This document shows, piece after piece, positions 24,644 to 38,290 of a DNA stretch of 64,000 nt. A program made the position numbers and the translations under genes. The notes under the pieces are model-generated. The model worked only from the letters and a program-made list of their open reading frames with translations. It searched no databases and was not told the DNA's origin. This stretch comes from Macrostomum lignano (Eukaryota): contig NIVC01001866.1 of assembly GCA_002269645.1 (NCBI GenBank), positions 1-64,000 of the forward strand. Reading direction: 5' to 3'. Position 1 is the stretch's first letter; each line of letters begins with the position of its first letter.

Positions 24644-24670
24644 CCAAGCATGCATTTATCCAACGCTAAC

Positions 24671-25024
24671 CTTTTTCCTCTTCTTCCCAACGAGCTGCGC
24701 CGCCCGAGCCGGGAACGCTGGCGGCGGCCCGTCAAAACCGGCTCGCTGCTCCATCACGCGCAGCTCCATCGAGTCCAGCTCCAGCTCGGCCAGCGCCGGC
24801 GTCCAACAGATGAAGCTGAACGCGCCGGCCACGCTGGACAGCCGGTTGCCGGACAGGTCGAGCCGGCGCAGGTTGGCCAGTCGCGTCATTCTGGCGCCGC
24901 TCACGTGACTGATGCGGTTGCCGTTCAGGCCCAGGTGGGTCAGCGAGTCCGGCAGGCCGCGCGGCACCTCGGTCAGCTTGTTGTCGGCCAGGTCCAGCGA
25001 CTGCAGCTTGGAGAGGCCCATCAC
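24671..25024 (-). CDS. LRR-TM receptor exon 2 (LRRs)
   Basis: Acceptor ccccag|GTG is phase 0. Repeats LQSLDLADNKLT, LTHLGLNGNRIS, LRRLDLSGNRLS. Donor AAG|GTTAGC is phase 0. 354 nt. Confidence 0.88.
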
Positions 25025-25116
25025 CTGGGGTTGGTTGCGGACGAATTGAGCCGTTGAGTACAGATGTAAATTGAGCCAGTGTGGGTAGCTTATTAAGAAT
25101 TTAATTAATTATTTCA

Positions 25117-25124
25117 TTAGTTAT

Positions 25125-25166
<42 letters not shown>

Positions 25167-25191
25167 CGTTAGTTAGTTAGTTAGTAAGTTA
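25117..25191. repeat. (TTAG)n microsatellite, left part (split by Helitron)
   Basis: Continues at 29291 on the other side of the insertion. Confidence 0.9.
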
Positions 25192-26519
25192 CTAGCAATC
25201 TAGCGCCCCCCTTCGGGGTGGCCAATAAGCAAGGGACGAATCCTTTAAAATGAAAAAAAAATTCTTAGGGAGGGGGGCTAGGAATCGAATTCTCATTTTA
25301 ATTCCAGGCTTATGTACCAATAAAACATGCTTGTGCAGAATTTTATAACAGACATTGAAATTCAACCATACTTGCCTTCTTTCAGAGCTACTTCTACCAG
25401 TATGCTTCAGTACGCTACCAGTACCCTTGTAAGCCTCGACATGTCAGCAATCCCCCCCCCCACAAGCCTTAACATATCAACTCCCCCCTTGACATCTCAG
25501 CGATGCTCCCATAAGCCTTGAAATCTTAAAAAATCTGTCTACTTTCTAACCCTAACCCTAACCCTAACCCTAAAGCATTGAAATTTCAGTAATTCTCTCT
25601 AAGAGTCATTATAGCACTACTACAGCATTATAGCGATTCCCTGCAAGCCTCGACATCGTAGGGATTCCCAAATGAATCTCTTAACTTCGACATGAAGCTT
25701 CTTTTATTTTTTACATTACGCTTTTTCTATCAGCGATCCCTCCCGTGAGGAGCCAACAAATAATATAATAACTTTTTTCCAATAAACTACATGTAGCTTC
25801 TGACATTAGCCTTGACATCTCATTTATTCCCCCGTGAGCCTTGACATCTCAGCTATAGATAGATAGATAGATAGATTCCCCTCGTAAGCCTTGACATGTC
25901 AGCGATGCCCCCCATAAACCTTGAAATCTAAAAAATCCCCTGTTAACCTTGAAACCCGCTAAAATCTAACCCTCAACCCAAACCTGACGTAAACCTAACT
26001 TTCACCCAACCTAAAGCCTTGAAATCACAGCAATTCTTCTCCCTAAGCCTTGGCATTTAAGTGATTCCTTCTTTAAGAATCACAGCACTATAACGATTCC
26101 CTCCAAGCTTTGACATCGTAGCAATTCCCAAATGAATCTTTTAACTTTGACATGACTTTTATTTTATGTATACATAGTGCTCCTTTTATTTTTACATGAC
26201 TCTTCTTCTATCAGCGCCCCCCCACCGTGGCAAGCCAACAAAGAATACAATAAAAAAACTTAAGTAAAGTACATGTACTTTGAAGTAGCTTCTGACTTTT
26301 TCTTTAACATCTCAGAAACCCCCCTGTAATCTCAGTTATTCTCTGTGAGCCTTGACGTCTCAGTAATTCTCCCCAGCACAGCACTATAGCTTCATTTAAT
26401 TTTTATATGACACACATCATGTCTGACATGTCGCTTCTTTTGATTTTTACGTTACGCTTCTTTTATTCTTCCATGATGCTTCTTAATTTTTTAAATGACA
26501 CTTTCATTAGTTTTTATAT

Positions 26520-27590
26520 GAGGCTTCTATGATTTTTTCATGACGCTTCTATGCTTGTTTACATGACGCTTTTATGATTGTTTACATGACGCTTCTATGA
26601 TTTTTTACATGACGCTTGTATGATTGTTTACATGACGCTTCTATGATTGTTTACATGACGCTTCTATGATTTTTACATGACGCTTCTATGATTGTTTACA
26701 TGACGCTTCTATGATTTTTACATGACGCTTCTATGATTTTTTCATGAGGCTTCTATGATTTTTACATGACGCTTCTATGATTGTTTACATGACGCTTCTA
26801 TGATTTTTACATGACGCTTCTATGATTTTTTCATGACGCTTCTATGATTTTTACATGACGCTTCTATGATTTTTACATGACGCTTCTATGATTTTTTACA
26901 TGACGCTTGTATGATTGTTTACATGACGCTTCTATGATTGTTTACATGACGCTTTTATGATTGTTTACATGACGCTTCTATGATTTTTGCATGACGCTTT
27001 TATGATTTTTACATGACGCTTCTATGATTTTTACATGACGCTTTTATGATTCTTTACATGACGCTTCTATGATTTTTACATGACGCTTCTATGATTTTTT
27101 CATGACGCTTCTATGATTTTTACATGACGCTTCTATGATTGTTTACATGACGCTTTTATGATTTTTACATGACGCTTCTATGATTTTTTCATGACGCTTC
27201 TATTTTTCATGACGCTTCTATGATTTTTACATGACGCTTCTATGATTTTTTACATGACGCTTGTATGATTGTTTACATGACGCTTCGATGATTGTTTACA
27301 TGACGCTTTTATGATTGTTACATGACGCTTCTATGATTTTTGCATGACGCTTCTATGATTTTTACATGACGCTTCTATGATCTTTACATGACGCTTCTAT
27401 GATTGTTTACATGACGCTTGTATGATTTTTATATGACGCTTCTATGATTGTTTACATGACGCTTGTATGATTGTTTACATGACGCTTGTATGATTTTAAC
27501 ATGACGCTTCTATGATTGTTTACATTACGCTTCTATGATTGCTTGCATGACGCTTCTATGATTTTTTACATGACGCTTGCATAATTTTTT
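26520..27590. repeat. ~22-bp minisatellite (ATGACGCTTCTATGATTTTTAC)n inside Helitron copy 0
   Basis: Direct read. Confidence 0.96.
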
Positions 27591-27899
27591 TGTCTTGGCG
27601 TTAAAAAGCTTTAATTAAAAAAACTCTACTCTCTAAAAATTCGAACCATCGTCCCTGCATTTAGCAGTTTAGTCTGTTTACCTCTAGGCTAGCTCTCATG
27701 AATTTTAGTCATTACCCCTAAATAGAAAATATTCCCAAGACAGCAAGCATCCCCCCAGTAGCAAGCATCCCCTAATACTCCTAGCAAGCATCCACCCAGA
27801 TAGCAAGCATCTGCAGATAGCAAGCATCTGCACATAGCAAGAATCCCTAAATAGCAAGCATCCCTGGATAGAAATAATCCTATACATGTAGCCAAGCTT

Positions 27900-28632
27900 A
27901 TCAAGCGCAGTAATCCTTGGCTATCGAGTGCAGTAATCCTTGGTTTATTAATAGCAATAATCCTTGGCTTATCGAGTGCAGTAATCCTTGGTTTGCCAAG
28001 AGCAATAGTCCTTGGTTTATTGAGTGCAGTAATCCTTGGTTTATTAATAGCAATAGTCCTTGGTTTATTGAGTGCAGTAATCCTTGGTTTATTAATAGCA
28101 ATAATCCTTGGCTTATCGAGTGCAGTAATCCTTGGTTTATTAATAGCAATAATCCTTGGCTTATCGAGTGCAGTAATCCTTGGTTCGGGTTGCATTAATC
28201 CTTGGTTTATTAATAGCAATAATCCATGGCTTATCGAGTGCAGTAATCCTTGGTTTGCCAAGAGCAATAGTCCTTGGTTTATTGAGTGCAGTAATCCTTG
28301 GTTTATTAATAGCAATAATCCTTGGCTTATCGAGTGCAGTAATCCTTGGTTTATTAATAGCAATAATCCATGGCTTATCGAGTGCAGTAATCCTTGGTTT
28401 GCCAAGAGCAATAGTCCTTGGCTTATCGAGTGCAGTAATCCTTGGTTTGCCAAGAGCAATAGTCCTTGGTTTATTGAGTGCAGTAATCCTTGGTTTATTA
28501 ATAGCAATAGTCCTTGGTTTATTGAGTGCAGTAATCCTTGGTTTATTAATAGCAACAATCCTTGGCTTATCGAGTGCAGTAATCCTTGGTTTGCCAAGAG
28601 CAATAATCCTTAGCTTATCGAGTGCAGTAATC
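27900..28632. repeat. 48-bp (2x24) minisatellite inside Helitron copy 0
   Basis: GAGTGCAGTAATCCTTGGTTTATTAATAGCAATAATCCTTGGCTTATC units. Confidence 0.95.
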
Positions 28633-29290
28633 TAAGTGTTTTTATTTAGTCCTTTAATAAAAGCTTTTAATGAAAAATTTTACACTACTACTTAGATTCT
28701 AACCCAGGTCGCTGCATTAGCAGTCTGGTCTGTTCAGCTCTAGGCTAGCTCTCATCGAAGTTATCAGTGAATTTGTACCACTTATATAATTCAACACTCA
28801 CACCAAGTCAGGTAGAGTAAAAAGTCACACGAAGCAGTTATGACATAATCAATTTCTTAGGCAAGTCAGTACCAGTGTCTATGAAAGCTAACAATATGGT
28901 TACGTAATATAAATTCAGTACTGCACTATGCTTTCACACTCAAAGCTGTGACGCAATTCAATTGAGTGTCAAATTCAGCCAGTACACAGACGATAAATAA
29001 AGTGTATTGTGATGCAATCTATTTCAGAATCAGAATTCAACCAGTCAGTTTTTTCTCTAGCATTTTTACAGTGCGTTTCAAGTCGAAATAGCTGCTTGAC
29101 CTTTGCAAAAAAGCATGTTTTTCGAATATTTAATCCCTTTAAAATTGAGCAATTTCTTAGCCAAGATGCATGTACCGTCCCAGGAAAATTTCTGATCGAA
29201 TGGTGCAAGTTTGAAGAAAATTGGTTGAGCCGTTTTTTCTGAAATCTATCTCACACACACACACAGACATTTCATTTTTAGTATATAGGA

Positions 29291-30251
<961 letters not shown>

Positions 30252-30595
30252 CAGCACCCAGCTCAGCACTCATTAGACGCGGTCTGAACTTTACAGCAAC
30301 GCTCAACACCTACTGCTGTAAGTAGGATCGGACAGTTACATACATGATTTTCTTACCTGATAATCGAAGTTGGTGAGGCCGCATGCATCCAACTGAAGCT
30401 GCTCTATGCTTTTGGTGGCTTGGCCAAAGGTTACTGGGGCCAGGGTTAGCGACTTGCCGTGAGCGTTGGAGCACGTGACCTGAGATTTGTGAATTGTTGT
30501 CCTGATAAATGTATATCGTGTACTTCTGCTCATTGAATTTCAAGTGATTTCAACAAGTTTCTTGCAAGTTTCAAGTTTTTTTAGAAAAACCCCAC

Positions 30596-31615
30596 CTGTA
30601 GGCTACGCAAAGTCGCCAAACCGCCCCGCAGGTCACCCGGTCGAAGACTCGCCATGGCAACCTGATGAAGTCGCAGCCAGCGGAGATTGCGAAGCCTCGC
30701 CAGGCAGTTCAGCATCGGCTTCGTTGACAACCGGTTGCCGGACAGGTCCAGGTGTTGCAGGCTGTCCCTCACCGGGTCCAGGGCGTTCAAGTCCAGCCTG
30801 GTCAGCGGACAGGCGGCCAATCTGAGGACCCGCAGCCGGCCGCCGCCAGCCAGAGCGTCCAGGTCGCCGGTGCGCAGCTCAGTTAGCCGGGAGTTCCCAG
30901 ACAGAGTGAGGCTGTGCAGGCTGGCGCACTTCGAGTAGCCGGTAGGCAGCCTCAGGCTGGCGATGTCGTTGGCGGCCAAGTTGACCGATTGCAGCCGAGG
31001 CAGGCGGTCGCAGGGCAGGTCTGGCAGGCTGGCGAACTGGTTCTGCGCCAGCGTCAGGTCCTGAAGGCTGCTCAGAGGGCTGAGCGCGCCGGCACTCAGG
31101 CTGGTCAGCTCGTTATTGGTGAGGTCCAGGTGCTGCAGACTCCTGGCTTGGCTCAGAGCGTATTGGCGAATGTTAGCGATGCCGCAGCCGACCAGCTCGA
31201 GGCGGGTGACGCCAGGAAGCGGCACCGAGCGCAGGTCGCGAAGTATGTTGCCGTTGAGGCGCACCACCGTCACGCCGGCCGGCGGGTCGGCCGGCACTTC
31301 GAAAAGACCGCGTCGTTGGCAGTCTAGCGTCAGCGTCCTCTTCCTGCCCGTGCCGCCGACGAGTCTGCAGGCGCGCCACTGCTCTGGCAGGGCGGATTCA
31401 CTTGCAGTGTCGCTTCGGGTTCCCGCCGACTTGTGGACTGCTGCAGCCGGTGCCGCCGCCCCATCGGCAGAGTCGCTTTTTTCAATACCGGACTTCAACC
31501 TGCTGCTGCCAGCGTCGGCCCCGAGAGAGTCGGCTAAGCATTCAGCAGTGCCAGTTAACAAGAATAGGAGCAGCAGCAGCAGCAGAGGCAGCTCTACCGT
31601 CTTCTTAGTTAGCAT
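30596..31615 (-). CDS. LRR-TM receptor exon 1 (signal peptide, LRRNT, ~10 LRRs)
   Basis: ATG in AAAAATG context. Leader LPLLLLLLLFLLTGTAEC. LRRNT C...LDCQRRGLFEVP. Repeated LxxLDLxxNxL. Donor CAG|GTGGGT is phase 0. Confidence 0.93.
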
Positions 31616-32850
31616 TTTTCTTTGCTTAGTAAAGTAAAAGGGCGAGGTTTAGTGAATAGAAGAAATTTTAAGGAATTGAAATGAAGACGAATTTTTTAAA
31701 GCGCAGAAACAAGAACCGAGACACACGTTAAGAACAACTCAGATTTGCGAAAGTACTGGTTTATATCATCCAAAGAGGATCAAAGCTACAGGCAGAAAAT
31801 TTCCTGGAAATCTCTAGCGACAGTAGACCTTGCTTCAGTGTACATTTGCCCCTCCAGTGTCCCTGTACACTGCGCTAAAAATAGAATCAAGCTTTCCGTG
31901 TACGTCTATAACTTGAGATAGAAAATATCGTCCACCCAACTTAGCTCCTCCACATGTTGTTTTGTTACTTCGTTGTTTCATTCACTTTTTGCAAAACAAA
32001 AGCTTGCTATAGTTGGCTAGCTTATCTCTCATATCTTACTCTCTCTCAGAGTTAGTTAGTGTACACTTAAAATATCTTCTACTTATTTAAAAACGGCGCG
32101 CGGTTTCTTGTTTAAGTCTAGTAGTCCACTCACCATCCAGCCCTATAAGTAAAATGGTGAAAAATGAAAATTGATTGTAATTAATAGCCTAATAGCTATG
32201 ATTACATGTAATTCCCAATTATAATATGCAATATTATGCAGTTGGCACACCTCACACAGAATGTATTTTAATTTGACAACACATACTACTGAAAATATGA
32301 GCCTCACCCCACATGTACACGCTTGTACAGTGTACACCCCCAGAAGAGTGTTGTTTAAATCCAGTGAATACAAGTACATCTATATGTTAGTTGGCATAAT
32401 ACCGTTAGTTATATGCACTCAATACTACCCAAGCACTTTGATCGCATGTAGATGTATGTAAATACTGTAAATGCTCTCCCACCTGAGTGCATGGATTGGA
32501 TATGCGTTGCAATTCTATTAATTAAGCTACTATATATAGGAGTACATAGCATACGAGCTACGAGTAAGGTTTACTTAGACTGCAAGAAATGACAATCCTT
32601 GACGTTGTAGTTGTATTGCAAATAACGGTCGATTTTCATAATATTTCAATTTCAAAGTAGAAATTTCAATTATTCAAATTTCAATAGAAGTGATAATTTC
32701 AATATCTACTTCTATGTATGGCCTATTAATCCCTATCTATACCTTCTTTCTACTTCGTCTACTTTCTCTCCGTCTACTTCTACGAGTACAAGCAGACCCT
32801 CAATCTAAACCCTTAACAGTAGGAATACCAAGCCATTTTTCCGCCAGTCG

Positions 32851-33850
32851 AACTACCAAAAGGGGAAAATCCCCCCTGACAATTTCTTTTGCTGCGCCGG
32901 AACGGAGCAACGCAGGCACACGAAATGCAAGAACACGGGCTAACTTTTTGTTGCGCACCTTCTCAAACAAGAATCAAGTCGCCAACCCTCCGGACCGTCG
33001 AGATATTCGACGATTCTGCCAGAAGGTCGGATTTTTCCCATAAGCGCTAGTGTATTCAGTATACGGTCCATGTGCGCCAACGCCAATTAGCACTGCGCCT
33101 CAGTGCAGCCTTCCCAAGCCTCCAAATTTCATCAGCACGCCGATCACATGTGTCTGCATCAGCTCTGACTTTGTTGGTCACTGGCCTTCACCCAGGCGGA
33201 GCTTCTAGACCTTTAACAGGTGTCATCATGTGACTATGAACACCTTGATGCGAATTTCTCAAGTTTCACTGATCAAGCCTCGACAGCGGGCAAGCCTCGA
33301 CTGTTGGACATCCTCAGCTAGTCTCTAAAGCAATCAGTCATCACCCCGACGCCGTCGGCACCTTCAGCAACACCAGGCACCAGGTGACTATGGACATGTC
33401 CAACAGTCTAGGCTTCCCCACTGTTGAGGCTTGATTAGCGAAACTCGTGAAATTTGCGACAATGTGTCCATAGTCACCTGGTGACACCTGTTGAAGGTCC
33501 AGAAGCTCCGCCTGGGGGAAGGCCAGTGACCAACAAAATCAGAGCTGATGCAAACACGCGGTGGACGTGCTGATAAAATTTGGAGGCTTGGCAAGGCTGT
33601 ACTGAGGCGCAGTGCTGATTGGTGCACATGAGTGTACTGAATACACTAGCGCTTACGGGAAAAATCCGTCCTTCTGGCAGAATCGTCGAATATCTCGACG
33701 GTCCGGAGGGCTGCATGGCGACTTAATTCTTGTTTGAGAAGGTGCGCAACAAAAAGTTAGCTCGTGCTCTTGAATTTCGTGTGCTTGCGTTGCTCCGTTC
33801 CGGCGCATCAAAGAAATTGTCAGAGGGGGGATTCCCCCCTCTTGGTAGTT
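32851..33850. mobile_element. 1-kb foldback / long-TIR non-autonomous element
   Basis: Arms ~32851-33311 and ~33396-33850 are imperfect reverse complements (AACTACC...GGTAGTT ends) around an ~84-bp spacer. No clean TSD seen. Confidence 0.75.
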
Positions 33851-35923
33851 AATCCGCCCAAGCAAGGTCCATATCCACACACAAATCAACCCTCAAGACT
33901 GCATGAAAGCAACTTTAATTATATTCGTAAGCAGTGTTACAACGATAAAAACCATCTATTTCTGTATAAAACGCAAGGGTTTTGTATGTACATGTATAAT
34001 GATAATTATTGAATTTAATGTACAATAGAAGTACAAGTAGATATTGAAATTAACACGTCGCTTTAGGATACGTGCTTTAGCACGTTTCAGCCCGCTTTCT
34101 ACTAGCACTAGCAAATTTTCTGTCAGAATTATATAGTGACAGTAGTAGTACATGCATAATTTGCGTTTTTTTGCGCAAAAATTCTGAAAATCGACCGATA
34201 AATCATCACGTTTACTAACAGCCCTTTGTCTAATTCAAAGATTATCGATATCAAAATCACAAGGCAGATCACCAATAGCATTCCCTCTGAAGACGTACGC
34301 TCATAATTTAAATCTTCAACTATTTAGCTCATATTAAACTTGACCTCTAGAAAAACAAATATAGGGTTAAAGACAGTAAGTAAATTACCTCGTACACATG
34401 TTACCTAGTCTCAATAAAAAATATATTATGTGCAACGCGCGAGTATACTTACGAGATTTGTGCCTTTTATCATGACAGAAAAGCTGCAGGAGCCTGGACA
34501 ATTAGAATTTATAATTTTTTCGCGCCTGATGCCACATTCAAATCACTATTAAAATAGCTTAAACTTTAGATCAATATACAGATCTTTCCAAAAGTAAGAA
34601 TCCGAAAACCGAAAATTTTTTGAATTGTCCGGACATATTATCGTGTAAGCAAAAATGTAAATCAGCTTTTACAGACCACTTAGAATTAAAATTCTTAGCT
34701 AATATTCATTGCCTAAATTTTATAATGGCACTTTTAGCGATATTACTGTATAATTTGTTTTGCTGCAGCCAATTTCATTAATACGGATTTTTAAAGTCAT
34801 TTTAAACGGCATACTTTCACAATGAAGGACTTCAGCAGTGCCACGATACGCTTCAGCTACTATACTGACTCGTAAAAATGGTCGGCGACTGTTTTGCCCC
34901 CGCAATGTATCAATTACTTTTATGAACTAAGTATGCATGAAAATCGAAAGTATTAAAAATCGAAAAGGCACACATAAAGCTACATGTACTTGTATAAGCT
35001 GCCCCGCATATGTCACTGTGTTTTTTGTAGCACTTTTGATTTTCATGCATATTTATTATCACCATTTATTGATATTATTATTATTAGTCATATTATTTTT
35101 CTTAATAATAATTCTGGTAATGTATATCATTATAATTGCTTTCATTATTTAAAAAAATTAATTACTATTATTGTTACTTCTATATATTAGGCTACGTAGT
35201 CGTCAGTGGCGTTAGCCGTTAAATAATTATTTATCCCTTAAAGGAAATACGAGAATATACGCTTATTTCCATGAATCGATATCCATCATTTTGGAGAAAA
35301 GTTCGTTTTTTGCCTTGATTTTAGCAAAAATTCAAATTCTTTTGCAACTTAAAAGTCAACTACACGTTTTCTTAGGACTTCAATTTAAGTCTAACTAGAG
35401 TTTATTTAAGGAACTGAATTTTTTGCCAAAAAGAACGCTGAACTTTATGAAAGAATATCAATCGCTGCAAAATATTAATAAACTGGCTAATTTTATTTTT
35501 AAATGAACTTTACGAGCAGTGTTGGCTATGTCGCCGTTGCGACAAATTTTGTACTTTCTTAAGCATGCAGTACATTCAGTTTGATTACATTTAAAAAGTA
35601 AAACTGTTGTACCAGTGACAGATTTTATCTACAGTAGTAATAATTATCAGTCCGTAGGACTCTTAAGAATGGCAATTTGGAGCAATACGATTTGAGCTAA
35701 AAAACTAACACAACGAAAATAGGCAGGTATATGACGTAAAACAATTTAGCGGCGGCAACCTCCATACACCAAACCTCCATCCCCGTGGTCGCACAAAGGG
35801 GATTCAACAATAAAATAAGAACATATGGTTTCATATAAGAGCAGCAGGTGTAGAGCAAATCAACTTTGATACTTTCGCTAAAAAAGCATAAAATTTTCAG
35901 CTGCATGAAAATATAACAAAAGT

Positions 35924-37150
35924 TTAAGTTTCTCCCTCGCAGTTCTCAGCTTTGCAAACGAGCTGCAGGGCTCCTAGGGGGCTCGCCTCGTTTACAGTTT
36001 CGTCGTCCGCACATCCTTCGGTCGTGTCGACTTCGGCTGCTGAAGGGCCCGCTTGTGCGCCAGCCTCGGTTACTGACGTCGCCTCCGGGGCCCGTTCGCG
36101 CTTGACCTTGGCGCGGTGGTTCTTGAACCACAGCTGCACATTCTTGGCTTCGAGAGGCGGCTGGCGCTGACGGAACGGCATGCTGTTGAGTATCTGGGCG
36201 TACAGCTGGAACTGCGCCGAGCTCGGGTGCGAGTCCTCGTTGAACCAGATCTCCAGCTGAGGAATCTCCGTTGTTGGGTCAATGAACACCCGGGTGCGCC
36301 GGCGCTTCGAGGCTCCGCCGCCGCCGCCGCCGCTGCCGACGCCGCCGCCGCCGCTATCAATGCTCTCATTGACGCTTACCGGCTGCTGCAGCAGCTGTGA
36401 CTGCATTGACTGGACCGCCGACAGTCCAGCACCCTCCTCCTGCGCCTCATCCTCATCGATGCAGAGCCGGAGAGGCGCCTGATGAGGCGGCGGTGACGAG
36501 CCACCGGAGCTGTTGTTGTCGAAGTCGCCAGGCTCGGGGTCTCTAGGCCCCGACGGTCCAGCTGCGGTTGCCGACGGTCCGGTTGCAGTTGCCGATGTCG
36601 ATGCTGTCGCCGAAGTCGAGGAGGACAAGCGACGGTCGGTGGCGCGCATGTTTTTGAACCAGTAGGCCACGTTGGCGCTGCTCAGCGGTCGCCGGATGCC
36701 GTTCCGCCGCATCAGATGCGAGTTAAGCGCGTCCCTGTAGCAGTCCAGCTGCTCACGGCTGGGGTGCGGATTCTCCGCGAACCAGGCCTGCAGCAGAGGC
36801 AGCTCCAACTCCGAGTCGAAGCAGGCCCGCAGCCGGCCGGGTCGCTGCCCGGTGCCGCGACTCGAAACTGCCGGCGATGAGGCTGCAGTCAGCGAAGGCG
36901 GTGTCGGTTGCGACTGTGTCGTCTCCATGGAGACCTCGGCTCCCACGGGCGCCTGCTGATACGCCTGGCTCTGCCGTCCAACTGACAGCGACATGATGGG
37001 GAGCGGCAGGGCCAAGAGGCTGGGCGGCGTCTTGGCCATCTGCTCCAGGTACTGCAGGCACATCCGGTTGTGCCAGTCGCTGAAGCTGGCTCGCTCGGCG
37101 GCAAGAAATTCGTAGCTGTCTGACGACTGCAGGTAGGCCTGCAGAGTTGC
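35924..37150 (-). CDS. dve: dve/SATB-Compass homeobox protein, terminal exon (end of CUTL-like domain + two homeodomains)
   Basis: HD1 RLRACFDSELELPLLQAWFAENPHPSREQ...NVAYWFKNMRA and HD2 RTRVFIDPTTEIPQLEIWF...LEAKNVQLWFKNHRAKVKR match the Dve-type atypical K50 homeodomains. Acceptor gacag|GCA is phase 0. Confidence 0.92.
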   Translation of the reverse strand, partial: ATLQAYLQSSDSYEFLAAERASFSDWHNRMCLQYLEQMAKTPPSLLALPLPIMSLSVGRQSQAYQQAPVGAEVSMETTQSQPTPPSLTAASSPAVSSRGTGQRPGRLRACFDSELELPLLQAWFAENPHPSREQLDCYRDALNSHLMRRNGIRRPLSSANVAYWFKNMRATDRRLSSSTSATASTSATATGPSATAAGPSGPRDPEPGDFDNNSSGGSSPPPHQAPLRLCIDEDEAQEEGAGLSAVQSMQSQLLQQPVSVNESIDSGGGGVGSGGGGGGASKRRRTRVFIDPTTEIPQLEIWFNEDSHPSSAQFQLYAQILNSMPFRQRQPPLEAKNVQLWFKNHRAKVKRERAPEATSVTEAGAQAGPSAAEVDTTEGCADDETVNEASPLGALQLVCKAENCEGET

Positions 37151-37244
37151 CTGTCAGATGGTGGTACGGTGCGCATTCAGTGAGGCTCGGGCGTAGCTTT
37201 ACAACGATTTGATAATCTAAAGGTATTGAAAAGCTTTAACTTAC

Positions 37245-37368
37245 TTCAGGAAGAGGGCAGCCGATCTGCTTCAGCCAGAGGACCTGACCTCCTGGCGCGG
37301 TCTGGGGCGGCACCAAAGAGCGAATCAGAGTTCGGATGATGCTGGATGGAGGCACAACCGAGTCTGGC
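37245..37368 (-). CDS. dve: dve-like exon (CUTL-like region)
   Basis: Acceptor cttag|G (phase 2), donor GAA|GTAAGT (phase 0). PSSIIRTLIRSL...IGCPLPE parallels the SATB CUTL segment (..ECPLSQ). Confidence 0.8.
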
Positions 37369-37423
37369 CTAAGGGCATTGGGTACATCGATTAGATTAGA
37401 TTAGATTATATTAGATTAGATTA

Positions 37424-37675
<252 letters not shown>

Positions 37676-37706
37676 GCATTAAGCAATCGAGAGTCAGTAA
37701 GCTCAC

Positions 37707-37836
37707 AGTGGCAGCTCGATGCGCAGCAGGGCGGCTCCGCAGACATGCTGCAGCAGCGAACCAACCGAGGTGGCTTCCAGATTGTCGCAGATGTCGTTCA
37801 GGGCCAGCCGCTTCCAGTTGGGCATTTCCAGTTTAG
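37707..37836 (-). CDS. dve: dve-like exon (ULD/Compass domain C-half)
   Basis: KLEMPNWKRLALNDICDNLEATSVGSLLQHVCGAALLRIEL resembles the ULD/CMP motif NWKP.P...I.D....TV...L. Phases 1 and 2 fit the neighbouring exons. Confidence 0.82.
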
Positions 37837-37935
37837 CTAGAAATTTCAAAGCGAGTGTTTCACATGAGAGACAATCAATAGTACTGTAAGTAGAATGGTA
37901 GACTTTTCTCTACTGTTATGAATACTGTTACTCAC

Positions 37936-38121
37936 TTTCACAGTCAGCAGGATTGACTGCGCCAATGTTGAAGGCATTGAGGACAAACCGGGTGAGGTCT
38001 GACGCTGGCAGTTCGCTGGGGACAGACACATAGCCTTGATGATGCTGCTGCTGCTGCTGGTGAAGAAGCTGGAACCGATGCTGCTTGAACTCCGCAATGC
38101 AATTCAGTGTGACGCCGCACT
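37936..38121 (-). CDS. dve: dve-like exon (ULD/Compass domain N-half)
   Basis: Acceptor aacttcag|AG, donor A|GTGAGT (both phase 1). GVTLNCIAEF...GYVSVPSELPASDLTRFVLNAF parallels ULD LPVHCVVE...YVII. Confidence 0.75.
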
Positions 38122-38195
38122 CTGAAGTTAGTTAAGGTGCGATTGAAAGATCAATGAATTTATCGGTTGATCTACGAGAGCTTGTAACTGACTCA

Positions 38196-38290
38196 ATGCC
38201 AATGCACACGCTCACACAGGGTGTACAGCAGCCCTGACTTTCTAATCGTCAGGCATGTACACTCTGTGTTTTGGGCGCTGGCCTTCATGG
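38196..38290 (+). mobile_element. Dispersed repeat copy 2 (partial)
   Basis: cacacgctcacacagggtgtacagcagccctgactttctaatcgtcaggcatgtacactc matches 5630-5690. Confidence 0.65.

Larger units (their letters stand above)
25192..29290 (-). mobile_element. Non-autonomous Helitron-like element (copy 0), inverted relative to 41457-46290
   Basis: Minus strand begins TCCTATATACTAAAAATG and ends with hairpin CCCCGAAGGGG followed by ...GATTGCTAG|T. No TSD. Inserted in a (TTAG)n tract. Near-identical to array unit 1. No RepHel ORF. Confidence 0.85.
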
